A stretch of DNA of 53,558 bases from Octopus bimaculoides (GCF_001194135.2 NC_068998.1:28167121-28220678); one strand, 5' to 3'; positions 22,686-36,329 are shown, numbered from the stretch's first letter. Notes: generated by a model from the sequence alone, not told the origin. Program-made: numbers and translations.

Positions 22686-24042
22686 CAAGCATACCTCACC
22701 CTGCGTTGTTAATTGGTTCCAGCAGACATGACTTAAGTCAAATTAACTTGTTTCTAGGCTAAACCGATAATAACCATTCCCAGTTCTGTACTTTATCTAT
22801 GAATGCATTTTCAATAATAGATGGCTAATAAAAACCTATTTTAAGCTTACAAACAAATAATTTTTATTTTTTAATACAGTACAGTAAAAAAAAAGTAATC
22901 TAAATTTATGAATACAATTTGGCAGTGTTTACTGTACATCGCAAACACTTTATTTATGAATGCGGTTTGCAATAAGACACATTTTTTTGAGACCTTGTAG
23001 CCTGGAATAGTTTTCTCCTCCTTCAAAATGAATGAATGGTCTGACAATTTTTCATTACAATTCAGTTTCATCTACATTAAAAATCTGTTCAGGATGAAAC
23101 CCGTTTTCTTCGATGATTTTTTTTAATGCATTAAGAAATTCTGCAGCTGCTTGTTCGTCAGCTGATGCACTTTCACCTTGCTTCTTAATGGAGTGATAAC
23201 TTCTTCACTCCTTAAATCTCATGAACCATCCTTGACTTGCCTTGAACTCTACATCTTTCTCATCTGGATATATTTTCTTCAGGTCCTCAAAGACAACGCA
23301 TTCTCTTGAATGATTTCTTGACTAATAGTAGCACGCTTACAATTCAACCTAACAATCCAAGAGAAAGAAGACTTTTGATTTCTTCAAAGATTTTGCCTTT
23401 TATTGATGACAGTGTTCAGATTTGATATGTACAAAAATCCTGTCCTTATTATGTACAATCAATGATACAGTTGTATGACTCATAACAAAAAAGATCGTGC
23501 AACTGCTCCCACTTTTTCACGGTGTTTTATTGTAGCTAGTTTAGCTTCCAGCGTTATAGCATGACACTTAGCACTTTCACTATGAATTTTCTTAGGAAGC
23601 ATGGGGGCAAAGAATAAAGTCACAAATGAATGAGAATGAGAAAGAAGCTGATAAACAAATGTGAACAAATCTGAATTCAAAACAATCGTGGGAATCACGA
23701 GTGACAACAACATCTAATGGTAGATATTGGAACTACAGTGTAATACAAGCTCCGAAAGACTGACAAGACAACACAGTTGATTTCATTCACTAAGCTATAC
23801 TACTTTAAGGTATGTATCTTAGCATTTATTGTACGTATTTTAATATGATTTTATTCTTATTTATTGTATAATAACATGATTTTATGTACTTTTAATGGTT
23901 TGCTAATGATTTTATGATTCCAATATTTCTGGTGGACAGATGTAAAGTCGAGTAAAACGACTTAACTTGATTTTTACTTTCCTAAATATTACTTTTGAAA
24001 ACAGACATTTAATTGAGAACAACGTAAGCCAAGGTATGCTTG
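22686..24042 (-). mobile_element. Tigger/pogo-type element, internally deleted, with TIRs and TA duplication
   Basis: TIRs caagcatacct(c/t)...cgttgtt flanked by TA (22684-85, 24043-44). Minus frames give CENP-B-type HTH (AITLEAKLATIK) and ASQGWFMRFKE, EQIFNVDET, ILKEEKTIPGYKVSK; the DDE domain is truncated. Confidence 0.85.
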
Positions 24043-24929
24043 TATGTATATACATATATATATATATATATATATAATTACCATTTAATATTTATATTTC
24101 CATGCTAGTAAGAACTGGTTGGGTTTCACATCTTGTTCCTTCATCATCTTGCATACACAGCAGAGATTGCCACTAATCTTTGTTATCATGCTTTCTTAAT
24201 ATCTTGATGCCCTTTCTATCACCAACCATCTTATATTATAGATTGAATGTATTTTATTGGACCTCCAGTGCTAGATAGGCAGTTTGCTGCAGAACTGAAG
24301 AATCTCCTCCACTTTATAAGTTTTTATCCAGAGTTACTGAGGTTTGCATAGTTCACATCTCCATTTTTTTACCTTCCTCTAGCATAGCTTTTATGGCTGG
24401 ATGCATTCCTTTTGTCAACCTCTTTACTGCATGGAGTGCATGCATAGTCAACATAAGCAAGATCATATGTAACAGAAGAGTCCCATATCTACTTCTGATT
24501 TACATCTATATTTCCACGCTAGCATTAACACAAAGGTTTTAGTTAAAACAATTATTTCTATGGTTGGATACCCTTCTAACCACTCCACTGTGAAGTAAGA
24601 GAAAAACCTTCTTGATGTCAGGTAAGAAAACTGGGATTTACTAAGAGGTACAAAACAGTGGCTGTAGTAGAAAGGTTTGAATTGATGACCATGTGGGTAA
24701 TAGTCTAGCATTCTAACCTGACAGCTTGCCTCTACCCCTTACAAAGTCAGTGCTTGGTTAGTAAGAAGAAATATTTAAAATAAAGTAAAAAGACATGGGA
24801 CGAGGTGGTGAAGTATGATCTTTGGATGTTGAGTCTCACAGAGATGATGACAAGTGATCAAGACCTTTGGAGATTTGCTGTGCTTGAGAAGACACATTAA
24901 GCCGAGTGAAATTGTAGTCATGGCCAGTG

Positions 24930-25140
24930 CCAGAGATGTGTAAAAGGTGCCCATGCCAGTGACTTGTAAAAGGCACTCACTACACTCTGTGGAGTGGTTT
25001 GCGCTAGGAAGGGCATCCAGCTGTAGAAACTAAGTCAAAACAGACTGAAGCCTGGTACAGCTCTCCAGCTGACCAGCACCAGTCAAACTGTCTAGCCCAG
25101 GCCAGCATGGAAAATGGATGCAAAATGATGATGATAAGGA
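24930..25140 (+). repeat. RTE-tail-like dispersed repeat copy
   Basis: gctaggaagggcatccagctgtagaaac...gccagcatggaaaatggatg...gatgatgat. Confidence 0.65.
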
Positions 25141-25470
25141 GTAGGAGGAGGTAGTTAAGTGATTAAAATTCTGAATTATTAATCAAAAATAAAAGTAAGC
25201 AGAGTAAACTATTTACTTTAATCAGTAACTTGGCTAAAAGTAAATGCTATTTCAGTTATCATTGAAGAAGCATTAATAATTTTTATGTAAAAGATTCTTC
25301 CAGCAATTCAAATAAATATCTTTTTTTCTGCAGAACAAATTGAAACTTTTCAAACAAACTTCTTCTCAACAAAGTTATATAGCTTCATTATGAAAACTAT
25401 AAAAATGACATTCCAGTTAACCTTTTTATTAGGTAAATCTGAAAATAAAAAGATATTTACATAGCTGGTC

Positions 25471-25679
25471 TTAAGTAAAAACTATTTTTAGTGGCATATT
25501 TGGCCACATTTTGGGTTGTTTTAGATCAACCATTTGATCGTAAGTCATTTGTAAAGTTGTTTCCATACTATGGATTAGAGAAGCTTTTTTTCCATACAGT
25601 TGTTTTATCTCTAATGTTCGTTGAGAGCCTGGACGTTCTGATGGAGGAAGTATGCTGGGTGTTCGTAGATGATCAGTAA
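25471..25679 (-). CDS. GEMIN8: GEMIN8 coding exon 3 (last)
   Basis: Acceptor ttttctttaccag, phase 1. Encodes TDHLRTPSILPPSERPGSQRTLEIKQLYGKKASLIHSMETTLQMTYDQMVDLKQPKMWPNMPLKIVFT*, matching the Gemin8 C-terminal domain (ERPGERR.AEMK.LYG..A.KI.AME...QL.FD...D.KQP.YWP.IPLK). AATAAA at 25430-25425. Confidence 0.9.
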
Positions 25680-26177
25680 CTGGTAAAGAAAACAGAATTG
25701 TATTAAAATTTGGTTTGACTTAAAATTAATTTCAAATAAGGTAGGTAAATTCTAATTTATTTACACTATATTCCAACTGATTGGCTTCAAAAAACCTTAC
25801 ATTAAATATTTATGGATAGGTATTGGAGAGAAAAGCCATCATTCCAATGTATAACCAATATATTTAAGCAAGTCAAAAACCTGGTTCCACTAAGTTAAAT
25901 CACCAGTTTACCAAAGGTTAGCATGTTACCCTCTGAGAAACCATTTCCTCTTCTCACAGATAAAACATCTTCAAACAAGACATCTAACAAGAACTTTTAC
26001 AGTTGATCTAGCAGAGGATTTTACAACTGTTCTGGTAGTCAGAGAGAGGATTGGGTATAGCCATGATACCAACAATAATTGGCTATTTGCTCACAATAAG
26101 TGCAGAGTGAAGAAAAAATGAAAGCTACAAAGAATATACACCAACATGGTAAAAACAATTTATATTCAGTAACTTAC

Positions 26178-26237
26178 CATCTTCAATATTGATACATTGT
26201 CCAGCATCTTCAGAGTCTTGTTTGTTTTTTAAAGCTT
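26178..26237 (-). CDS. GEMIN8: GEMIN8 coding exon 2 (60 nt)
   Basis: Acceptor ttttatctacag, donor gtaagt, phase 1-1. Encodes (E)ALKNKQDSEDAGQCINIED(V) and keeps frame between exons 1 and 3. Confidence 0.8.
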
Positions 26238-26464
26238 CTGTAGATAAAATAATATTTGGTGTTTATATTCTTAAATGTACTAACTAAAGAAAAAATAATT
26301 TCTTTTTATTTACAATGAGACACAATGAATACAAGATTACTATGCTACACTTTTTATTCTGTTTGTCCAAGATATCCTTGCTGAAAATAGGCATTTTCTT
26401 CAATGTTGTGCAATTAGTCACACAAAATACATGTAACGAAAATCACCTGAACAGTTTATGTGAG

Positions 26465-26570
26465 AATATTGGGATTTGAATTCTGGTGCAAGGCCAGCAA
26501 TTTCGAGGGAGGGGTTAAGTTGATTACATCAACCCAAGTTCAACTGGCACTTCTTTTATTGACCCTGAAA
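26465..26570 (-). mobile_element. Truncated SINE within a GEMIN8 intron
   Basis: gcaaggccagcaatttcgagg...aagttgattacatcaacccaagt...ttgaccctgaaa matches the 3' part of the family. Confidence 0.6.
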
Positions 26571-26579
26571 TGTGATCAG

Positions 26580-27140
26580 CCTAGCACACTTTTGATCAGG
26601 TGTCAGGAAACGTGGCATCCCTTGAGCAGAAAGCTTCATCATGCCAAGTTCATTGTGCAGAATATTCTCAATTCTTTCATGGGATATGCTAATAGCATTG
26701 GCTATTTGATTTATAGTAAATCACTTGTCATCCATCATGTGGTGAACACAATCAATGTTTTCCTCAATGGTGGCAGTTGCAGGACGTCCATATTTGGATC
26801 ATCTTCAAGACTTTTCCTTCCCCTTCTAAATTCAGCTGCCCACTTTTGTACTGTTGATAAACCTGAAGTGTTATCCCTTAATGTAGCAACCATGCCAGTA
26901 TGAATGTCCTTGGGGACCAAACCCTTTTTCTGCAGATACTTGATAACACCATGATGCCAGATTTTGTTCATTTTCAAGAGAAGTTGCTATCAGTTACTTT
27001 TGAAGTCTTCTGTGAACAGTCAGATGTCAGTTTACCTGGAAAGAAACACTGCAGTTATTAAGAAGAATTGTTGAAATTAATGCATGCAAGATTTCACAGC
27101 TATAGCATCAGTCCTTCATAATCAGCCAGTACTTTTCAAC
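26580..27140 (-). mobile_element. Mariner 5' fragment (HTH region) within a GEMIN8 intron
   Basis: KIWHHGVIKYLQKKGLVPKDIHTGMVATLRDNTSGLSTVQKWAAEFRRGRKSLEDDP. Confidence 0.8.
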
Positions 27141-27190
27141 CCACTTTGCAAATTATTGTGATGATAATAATTGTAAATAATGATTTTTAC

Positions 27191-27632
27191 CTCGTTCTTC
27201 TCGAAATTTTCTAGAGACAATCATGAAGTCTAAAAGGCTGTCTGGAACTTTCATTTCAATATCATCAGTAGTATCTATTGGTTCTGTTGCAGTACATGTA
27301 CTAGAAGACTTCCTTTGATGTCTAAACTTGTTATGTTGCTTTTTGTGATGATATGAAAGTGACCATTGTTGATTTGGATGCCATGGTGGGGATGGTATTG
27401 ACGAGGATTGTTGGTCATTAGCCATTGTCATGTTGACAGGCCATTCAGCAGACTGTGAAGCATTTCTTATGTAGTTAAGATGATTCATATACCAAAGAGT
27501 TGAATAGTTGTAATACTGCCAGTATTTAGAAAAATAATCATGTGTGAACCAAGAATTAGTTGCAGCTGAAAGGCATGTGTTTTTGGAAGGCTTTTTATAT
27601 GAATGCAATTTATTTGACTTTTTCCCTTTCAT
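27191..27632 (-). CDS. GEMIN8: GEMIN8 coding exon 1
   Basis: ATG at 27632; SWFTHDYFSKYWQYYNYSTLWYMNH resembles the Gemin8 N-terminal WY.HP.YARYWQHY..AM.WM motif, and EMKVPDSLLDFMIVSRKFREER resembles [21 protein letters not shown]. Donor GT at 27190-27189, phase 1. An acceptor at 27708-27707 implies an upstream UTR exon. Total CDS 711 nt. Confidence 0.88.
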
Positions 27633-28779
27633 TATTCAAATAACAAAATATATTCTGTATATTTGAAAAGAATAGGTTCACCAATCTATTTCTTTCCAAA
27701 GATTATCTGTTGAAAGTAAATAAAAAAACAATTTTAAAAATTTCTTTTATTTGTATTTTTGCAATATTGTATTCAGAATTTCAATGTTCTTTATATGCAA
27801 TTAGTTTCAAGGTGCTACGGTCCATTCCCTCAAAAGAAAAAAAAAAAAAGGGAAAAGAATAAAAATTTTAAATATATAAACACATACACTGGATATAAAT
27901 TATCCAGTGATCAACACTGAAAAATTAAAAAAATTATATCACTCCAGAGAAACATGGAAATCAGTGGCTGATATCAATTCTGATGCTCTATGTGTGCTTT
28001 ATTAACTATTTCTAGCTTTTGTTGTCTCAGTTGAAAAACATATAACACAAGCAATTTATGTGTGGAAAATAAGAAACATTTAAATGTGAAAAACTGAACA
28101 TCTATATCCTTTAAAATAAGAATGACAATTATAGTTTTATACTATTAAAGAACAAAATGCAGTATCATATTACCAAACAGACTCATATAAAACACTTCTA
28201 TCAGTGACTATCATATACTTAATGATGATAAGTAAGCTGAGAACATTTCTGGCTATGTCATTGAACAACAGTTAAATCTGAACTAAGGTACTTAAAATAG
28301 TATTTTTTTCTACCATTTGTTTCTAACAAAAATTCAAGAACTTGAAACCTTCATAAAATTATCTTCAAAAAACAGAAAGGTTTTAAAACTACGCTCTAAT
28401 ATTGGCAGAAATAATGAATAAGGCAGTGAATAACACATTGTTTAAAGAAATCATTGTTTTTAAGAACTTATAATTTCTGGAAAAATATTGTTTCCTTTTA
28501 TTGTAATTCAAGAGGGCCATCATGCCAATAATAAAATCATGCACTGGTTCAATTTCATGTCTTTATTCGTCAATTTATCTTTTACTTGTTTCAGTCATTT
28601 GACTATGGCTATGCTGAGGTACCGTCTTGAAGGGATTTAGTTGAACAAATCAATGCCAGGACTTATTTTCTGAACCTGGTACTTATTCTATCAGTTTCTT
28701 TTGCTGAACTGCTAAGTTATGGGGACATAAACACAGACACAAAGATACACAAACATAGATACATATATATGATGGGTTT

Positions 28780-28890
28780 ATTTTCAGGTTCCATCTACCA
28801 AATCCACTTACAAGGCTTTGGTCGATCAGACGCTATAGCAGAAGACACTTGCCCAAGGTGTCACACAGTGGGACTGAACCAGGAAGCATA
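28780..28890 (-). mobile_element. SINE fragment
   Basis: Reverse-complement homolog of 4730-4885. Confidence 0.6.
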
Positions 28891-28924
28891 GCTTTAAAAC
28901 CACTCTGCACTTCATGACAAATGA

Positions 28925-29230
28925 TACACGGTGGTATCAAAAGTTCCCGGACTAGTTCTGTAGCACACTAACAGATGGCAGCACATGGTTGTGTGTGCAG
29001 TGAGAGTTAACAGTGACCTTTCTGAGACAATATGCTGAGTGACATCGCTGTGTTTGCTTCGCATGTTGTGAAGTTTGTGTTCTTGTGATCACATGTATGC
29101 TGTAGTCTGCAATTTTTGTCATGGACAGGAAGTTGGAACAAAGAGCCAATGTGAAATTTTGCATTAAACTTGTGAAACTTGCTGGAGACATTGAGTATGC
29201 TTCAGCAAGCTTAAGGCAACTAGACAATGG
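28925..29230 (+). mobile_element. Mariner-like 5' end
   Basis: TIR-like tacacggtggtatcaaaagttcccggact; start MDRKLEQRANVKFCIKLVK resembles mariner HTH N-termini; truncated. Confidence 0.6.
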
Positions 29231-30229
29231 GTCATATGCAATGTTTCGAGTGGCTTGGATGCTTTGGGCAATCACTAGGTTTAGTATAAAACATTATTTC
29301 GACCAATAACTAGATTTGGTATAAGCTGTTTTGAATAACAGTTATGTTTTATATATATCCTGTTACTTTCACTAACTTTGTTACTTTGGTATCGATCCTC
29401 AACAGGATCATATAAGTTCTCTGGTCATCTTTGGAGGAATTATGATTCAATTACATGGACATGACGGGATTTCTGGACAGATTTGTCAAATGTATTTACT
29501 CGTCTGCCACAAATTTTCATATCGATCTACTTAATTATACCTAATTATGCATCATATACATTTTTTGGTGGTAAACTTAAATTTAGCATTAACTGTGAAC
29601 TGAAATTAGTTGATTATCATACTAAAAAAAAAAAAAAGAAAGAAATTCAATGTACAATCAAAACTTATTCATCAAAAATATTAGGGTACCACAGACGATA
29701 GTTGCCGCGTGAGAATTTACAAGCACTTTTAAAGTAAAATCAAGAGTTTTTTTTAATAATCTGTATCTGTTGAAATTAGTCTCTGATACATCAACCATAA
29801 ATATAACTTTTTTGCAAATTGACAAAATATCTCATATACCGACTGTGGTGAACAGATGCATTAAAGTAAAGATGGTGAGAATAGAGTCAATTTAACAAGA
29901 AAAAGTGGTAACTCCCTAGTGCCTTAACCTTCCACAATCTCCAAAAAATAGTTTTAGCTAATTTAATATATTTTAAATTTTTTGTCAATAATCATGTTTA
30001 ACAAGGTGACTGCTGCAGATGGGAACTGAAATCAACCAAGACTCAAAATCTGTAGAAGCGATAATCTAGTGATTTCTTAGAACACAATTACTTACATCAT
30101 CTCATTAACAAGCACTATAAACAGAATTAGCCAATTTAAGCTTTTGGTATCACCATAACTTACAATAATACATTTTTACTTACACAATAAAAAATGTCCT
30201 CAAAAGTTCATGAGCTCCCTCAAGAAAAA

Positions 30230-30700
30230 AACTCAGGACATTGACATTCAAAACAATTTGTAGACATGGAACAAGTATACATCAACAACTTGGAACAAGT
30301 ATACATCAAGTATAGATATGGAACAAGTATACATCAACAACTTGGAATCAAGTTGGAACAAGTATACATCAACTTGGAATCAATACAAAGAAAGACCTTC
30401 AGGCGGGCACATTATATTCCGGAACATGAACACAGTGACAGAACGTAGATTCAGGAATTTGGAATTGAGAAGACATGCAAAATCACTATGATGAAAATTT
30501 GGTAGGATGCACCGATTATGGACCCTGAAAAATACTGGAAAAGACTATATGACATATAATACCAGAACTAGTATCTTAAGGAGCACAGAGAATAGTGACA
30601 TCAAAAAGCATCCATACATTAAGTGCTTAACAACTCCGGGAGTGAAACTGAATACTGGACAGGAGGGACATAGCATTATCATAAAAGGATAGAATTATAA
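30230..30700 (+). mobile_element. CR1/L2-type LINE 3' RT remnant with local tandem duplications
   Basis: INLESIQRKTFRR resembles the LE.IQRRFTR motif; four copies of ggaacaagtatacatcaa between 30268 and 30375. Confidence 0.5.
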
Positions 30701-32309
30701 TAAAAGAATGCTTATATTCCTTTGATAGCCACATGAAATTTGTCAAAAATGCAGTCACGACCCAGAACAGGCAAATACAGATAGTTATATATATATATAT
30801 ATATGCATATCAGTGTTTGTTATTGAGAAGAAAAGCATTATTATATAAAATATAAATTTTAGTTTTTACCTTTAAACAATTTTTCTTTCTTCAGTAATTA
30901 AAAATATGAGCATTATAGTTAGAATTAGTCTACTTCTAGACATAAATAGAATCAATGTTGTGAATAGGTGCGAGGGTAACAGGAAGTAATTGACAGTGCT
31001 GCCACCTACAAACAACACTATCAAACGAAGCTTGCAGTTGCATGTGATGGTAACTAATAACAATTGATTAAATTAATTAATTTAAAACTGAACAAATCAG
31101 CATATATGTATGTGTGTGTGTCACTATAAGATATACTTACGTTCGAAAAGTTTATTAGCGAATGTATAAGTAATATATGTTTATGTGGTAGTATATATTA
31201 TATACAGCGGATTGTAATGTACCACCAGATATACCTTATTCGAACAGACCTAGGATAGTCATGGCTATTCCTTTTTTTTTTTATCAGACTTAAGGATTTC
31301 ATTTTCCAATGTGTCCCTATTTCAATTTTTTTTTTATTAAAACGGTAGGTTGTAATTTGGCTGCTATTTCTAACACTTCGAATGACCATACACAGTACCT
31401 ATTGGTCTGTTTACTTCTGTTTATTTACCTAAAACTAAGAATAGTTCGAGTTTTCTTTGCGGTGGGCAAAACATCTGATTCAGGGAAAATGTATGATTCT
31501 GCAACGATCTTTCAATTTAAGGACATAAAATCCAGATTGAAAATTACATCAAAATTCGCCCGTCTAATTTTCCTTCCTAATATCAATTACATTTATATTT
31601 TTTAACATTTCTTTTTATAAAATGTATTTGGTTTCTCACCCAGCAGGTAAGTTCACATAAACAATATTTTGGTTCGTGTTTAACTTTCGTACACGTGCAT
31701 TTGGAATAAACATCGATTTCTTAGACTCTTCGGATCTCTTGTGTGTTCATTCATTATTTTTCACAATATATTTCATGTCAGAATGGGCCGCAGTCGCAAT
31801 ACGTCGATTCTATTCTATGATATACCCCTCTAAGTTGACCTGAAATTAAGTCTGCAAAATGATATTACAACTTACCATTTTTTGGGGAGGTGGAGGGGGG
31901 GATTTCTGGTTGAAGCACCCCATATAACCCCTCATAACTTGTTTATTTTCTGAAGTTTTCAGAAAAATTTTGCGAATTTTCGTGTTCTACACTCGGGAAT
32001 TCATACGATTATGCATAAAAATGAAAAAGATAAAGAAATTGTGTATGAATTAAGGGCGATTTAGCTGTTGTTTTTAGCACATCTCACGACCATCTGATGC
32101 CTTCCTTGTTTCTTTGTCACTCCGACGTATTGATGTTTTTCAACATCCCCCCCCCCCATAAACACATTTAATGGAATGATGATGCACCCAAGGACGGTCC
32201 GTGCCTTCGACAACTACAGACCCAGTCCAGAAAGTACAGGGATCGCAGTTCTCAAAGGACATACGTTGAAATAAAGTCACTGAGTGAATTAAGACATTTT
32301 CTGGATTAA

Positions 32310-32740
32310 GAGAAAACTGAGGGCGAAATGCTTAGCAGTATTGCGCCCGTCGCTACGTTCTGAGTTCAAATTCCGCCGAGGTCGACTTTGCCTTTCATCC
32401 TTCCGGAGTTGATAGATTAAGTACCAGTTGAACACTGGCGTCGATATAATCGACTTTCCTCCCCCAAAATTGCTGCCCCTGTGGCAAAATTTGAAACCAT
32501 TATTATTATATAAGGCGACGAGCTGGTAGAATCGTTAGCACGCCGGGCAAAATGCTTAGCAGCATTTCGTCCGCCTATACGTCCTGAGTTCAAATTCCGC
32601 CGTGGTTGACTATGCCTTTCATCCTTTCAGGGTCGATAAAATAAATACCAGTTGAACACTGGAGTCGATGTAATAAGTCGATTACATCCCCTCCCCCGAA
32701 ATTGCTGCCCTTGTGGCAAAATTTGAAACCGTTATTATTA
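32310..32740 (+). mobile_element. Head-to-tail pair of SINEs
   Basis: Two copies of ...aaatgcttagcag.att.cg...ctgagttcaaattccgccg.ggt.gact.tgcctttcatcc...aaattgctgccc.tgtggcaaaatttgaaacc.ttatta. Confidence 0.85.
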
Positions 32741-34816
32741 TTTAATGTTAGTAATTTGAATTTACATTTATATTCTTTCTATTCACGTTGTCACAGATTA
32801 AAATAAGATTGTGTATAAATTATCTACAGTTGTTTCTGATAGTGTTACTACAACAAAATCTGATTGTGGATAATACATTTCATAAATACGGCTCCATTAA
32901 TTTCTTTATTCGTACCATATAATAACCACTATTATATAAATATTCCATGACATTTAAAGCCTGTCTATCTAGTCTGAATAGCGCAAGTAAATGAACAGAA
33001 GCCCTTCAGTTTCACTCGGCAGGTTTGGAAGATGATTGTGTGACTAAAATCTGGAGAATAGATATTTTAAACCAGAATAATATATTTACAAGACAAATAC
33101 AAATCTGCTCGTGGAATTTTTTCAAGAATATGTGTCCCGTTTTATTTATTTAAAACATCTATTGTATTATATTCTGACTTCAGATATGAAAATCTAACAG
33201 AAAGATTTTGTTTTAGTCAACACCAAAAAGTTAATACCAAATACAAATTCAAGTACAATAGTGTCTGGAAGATCTGAATATGGAGATATTATAAAACGCA
33301 TTTTTATTTCTCCACTGAAATCAAGATTAAAATTGGGGTTGTGTCTAATACATATTAGGTTACAAAGTTTCCCACTAACCCACAAAAAAATTCACTTTCT
33401 TGACGATGAACAATGTAATAAAGCTGTATTATTTTTGAGATTCTGTTTTATTACATATCAATATATTTTATATAAATTGAAATATTAAGAATCAATATAA
33501 TGGATTTTAGTTAATTAGCTACTACTCTTGTGGTTGTCGTGCAACACTTGTACGGTATTAAGATTTTAAAGAAAATTTAAGCACAGAAAACAAGATGACG
33601 GTATGGCTACATATGGAATTTTACAGGCTTTTTGTGATATAATTCGCTTAAAGAGCCATTTTGGTGTATTGGCACAGAAGATAAAATACCCAACGAAGTG
33701 TTTGCAGAATTGAGTTAAGATCTTGAGTTCAAATTCCGCCGAAGTCACCTTTGCCTTCGATAAAATAAAGCATCTTAAGTAATAAGATCAATATTTAAAT
33801 ACTTTCGTTAGAAATCCTTGATGAACTGACTTTTGATAAAAGAATATGAAACTGAAGAAATGTCTTGGAATTGTAATGTCCAGTTCCAAGAACTATGAAC
33901 ACGATAAAAGAACAATGTTTTTTAAGATAGTTGAAGGGTGCGGATGTGATGTGAACACGGGAGTGGAATTATTTTTGAAGAACGTGCAATATAGAATAAC
34001 TGAAGTCCGTTTCTGAGAAAATGAACTTTAAAATATACCAACAAATAAGCTGAATAAAAAAAAAAAATTCTTTTATATCTTTCCAATCTCACTGGGTTTG
34101 TAAGAAGAGGCTGTAAATTTTAAAAAAATTAATTCTGATTGAAGTAAATGTGTTTTAAAGTTTTGTTTTTTTGTCTTATAATATTCCATATTTAATACAG
34201 TTCCAACAAACTAATATTTACTAGAAGTTAAAATCAACATTTATTAACAACTATAGAAAGTGTTGCTATTACAAGCTGAGTAATTTGTGTAGTTTTTAGC
34301 AGCAGTTACTCGACTAATTACACCTCAGGTAGTAGTTGGATGAAAATGAGTTCATTTAAAAAGAACATTTTATAGTCTGATTTCCTAGCATATATTTTAC
34401 ACAATATGGTAAAACTTCCTTCCCAATCTCAAACTAGACCCCGTACGACGAAAACTTTATATGCCAAAATGAGGCTCTGAAAACTCATGTAAATGTTATG
34501 GCGATGAGTAAGCAAGCAATATTGTATAAATTGGTAGGTTGGGTGAGAGTCGACACGATAAAATGCCCTCTTTTTTAAAATCTTTTTTTTTTCCGGGTAC
34601 ATTTTGTGTTCCGGGGGTGTATTTAACGTCATGTAACTGCTGTTGAAAAGTATACAGATTGCCATACTTTTAATAGGTATTTAGCCATTGAGCGAATAAG
34701 TTTTTGAACATTTCACAAATTAAACGAGAAAACAATCAACCCAAAGAATGCACAGCATAAACTAAACGTAATACTTACTGAGCGAAAACGTGTGTGTGTA
34801 TATGTTTATACATATC

Positions 34817-34863
<47 letters not shown>

Positions 34864-35070
34864 CATACATATAAGAGGGATGACCACTAAGTGGACATCC
34901 CTTTTGCTAGAAGAAGACCACATACGGTCTGATCACTAAGAAAAGATTGTTCTCAAAAAAATTTAGCAAACACCAGAATCAAATTAATATTCAATTTTTC
35001 ACCCTTATTATTTGAATTTATATATATATATATGTGTGTGTGTGTGTATGTATATATATGTGTATGTATG

Positions 35071-35101
<31 letters not shown>

Positions 35102-35154
35102 GTACCTATATATACATATATGTATATATATATATATATGTATGTATATATATG

Positions 35155-35205
<51 letters not shown>

Positions 35206-35639
35206 NNNNNNNNNNNNNNNNNNNNNNNNNNNNNNNNNNNNNNNNNNNNNNNNNNNNNNNNNNNNNNNNNNNNNNNNNNNNNNNNNNNNNNNNNNNNNNN
35301 NNNNNNNNNNNNNNNNNNNNNNNNNNNNNNNNNNNNNNNNNNNNNNNNNNNNNNNNNNNNNNNNNNNNNNNNNNNNNNNNNNNNNNNNNNNNNNNNNNNN
35401 NNNNNNNNNNNNNNNNNNNNNNNNNNNNNNNNNNNNNNNNNNNNNNNNNNNNNNNNNNNNNNNNNNNNNNNNNNNNNNNNNNNNNNNNNNNNNNNNNNNN
35501 NNGCCGCCACATCAAAACGGTAGAGGAGTAGGGGCCGAAACCGGACGTGGTTCCTCCTGATGATGTCTTGAGCTAACTGGATCCTATAAAGGAGCTGTTG
35601 TGGTAGCAGACCACGAAACATGGTTGAAATTCCTTCTTC

Positions 35640-35722
35640 CCTACCGCCCCCTTAGGCACCAGCGCCCACCTGGATCGTCTGAACGCCCACCGAGGGGCGG
35701 TAGCGCCCACTTCGAGAACCTA
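35640..35722 (-). mobile_element. Putative hAT-like terminal fragment
   Basis: Minus strand ggttctcgaagtgggcgctaccgcccc resembles CAGTGGTTCTCAAAGTG-type hAT termini, with gggcg subrepeats. Confidence 0.35.
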
Positions 35723-36329
35723 CGATATATATGTGTGTGTATATATACATATACGTGTATATATATATATATGTATATGTATATATTTAGTGAATAAATT
35801 GGATGAAAATATTGCGAGTTATATCTTCGATACGGTTGATATCTTTTAAGTATCCATTGATTTTTGACACTAAACGATTGATTAGCCTGAATTAAAAATA
35901 AAAGAAAAAGAAACATGATTTTTTTTTTCGACGAAGTAGTCTTTCACTGTAGACATTTGAGAATCTATGTAATTAGCGGTGTAATTACAATGGCACTCAA
36001 AACTGACCTCAAATATTACCGGTCTATCGAAATTCCTGGCGATTACGGTAGCAACTGGGAAGCTTGTTTTACTGCCAGCACATAATAATTATATATATAT
36101 TTTTTTTAAAAATGCTTTCACTTAGTATTCAAACTCGTCAGGCGAGGGTAATACAAGCGAGCGTTCTCTCATTTTAACAATTTCTGTTTAGCTATTATAT
36201 TTTCCAAGTACAAGTGTGATAAATAGTATAGGTTGCCTTAAGTTAGCAACTGACTTCTGAGGAAATGCTGTGTGACTTCATGCCTTTCCTGAGAACATAA
36301 CAGTAGTTAACGAGGTACACAATTCTTCA

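Noticed and set aside
30268-30375. CRISPR-like repeat array
   Set aside because: Eukaryotic context, spacers too short and derived from the repeat itself, and no cas genes.
33194-34020. Short ORFs in non-repetitive AT-rich sequence (33261-33488, 33846-34016)
   Set aside because: No recognisable domain and no convincing splice context.
35530-35565. GAAACCGGAC followed by CTGATGA (possible permuted hammerhead)
   Set aside because: The cleavage triplet is GAC, and neither stem I nor stem II can be paired.
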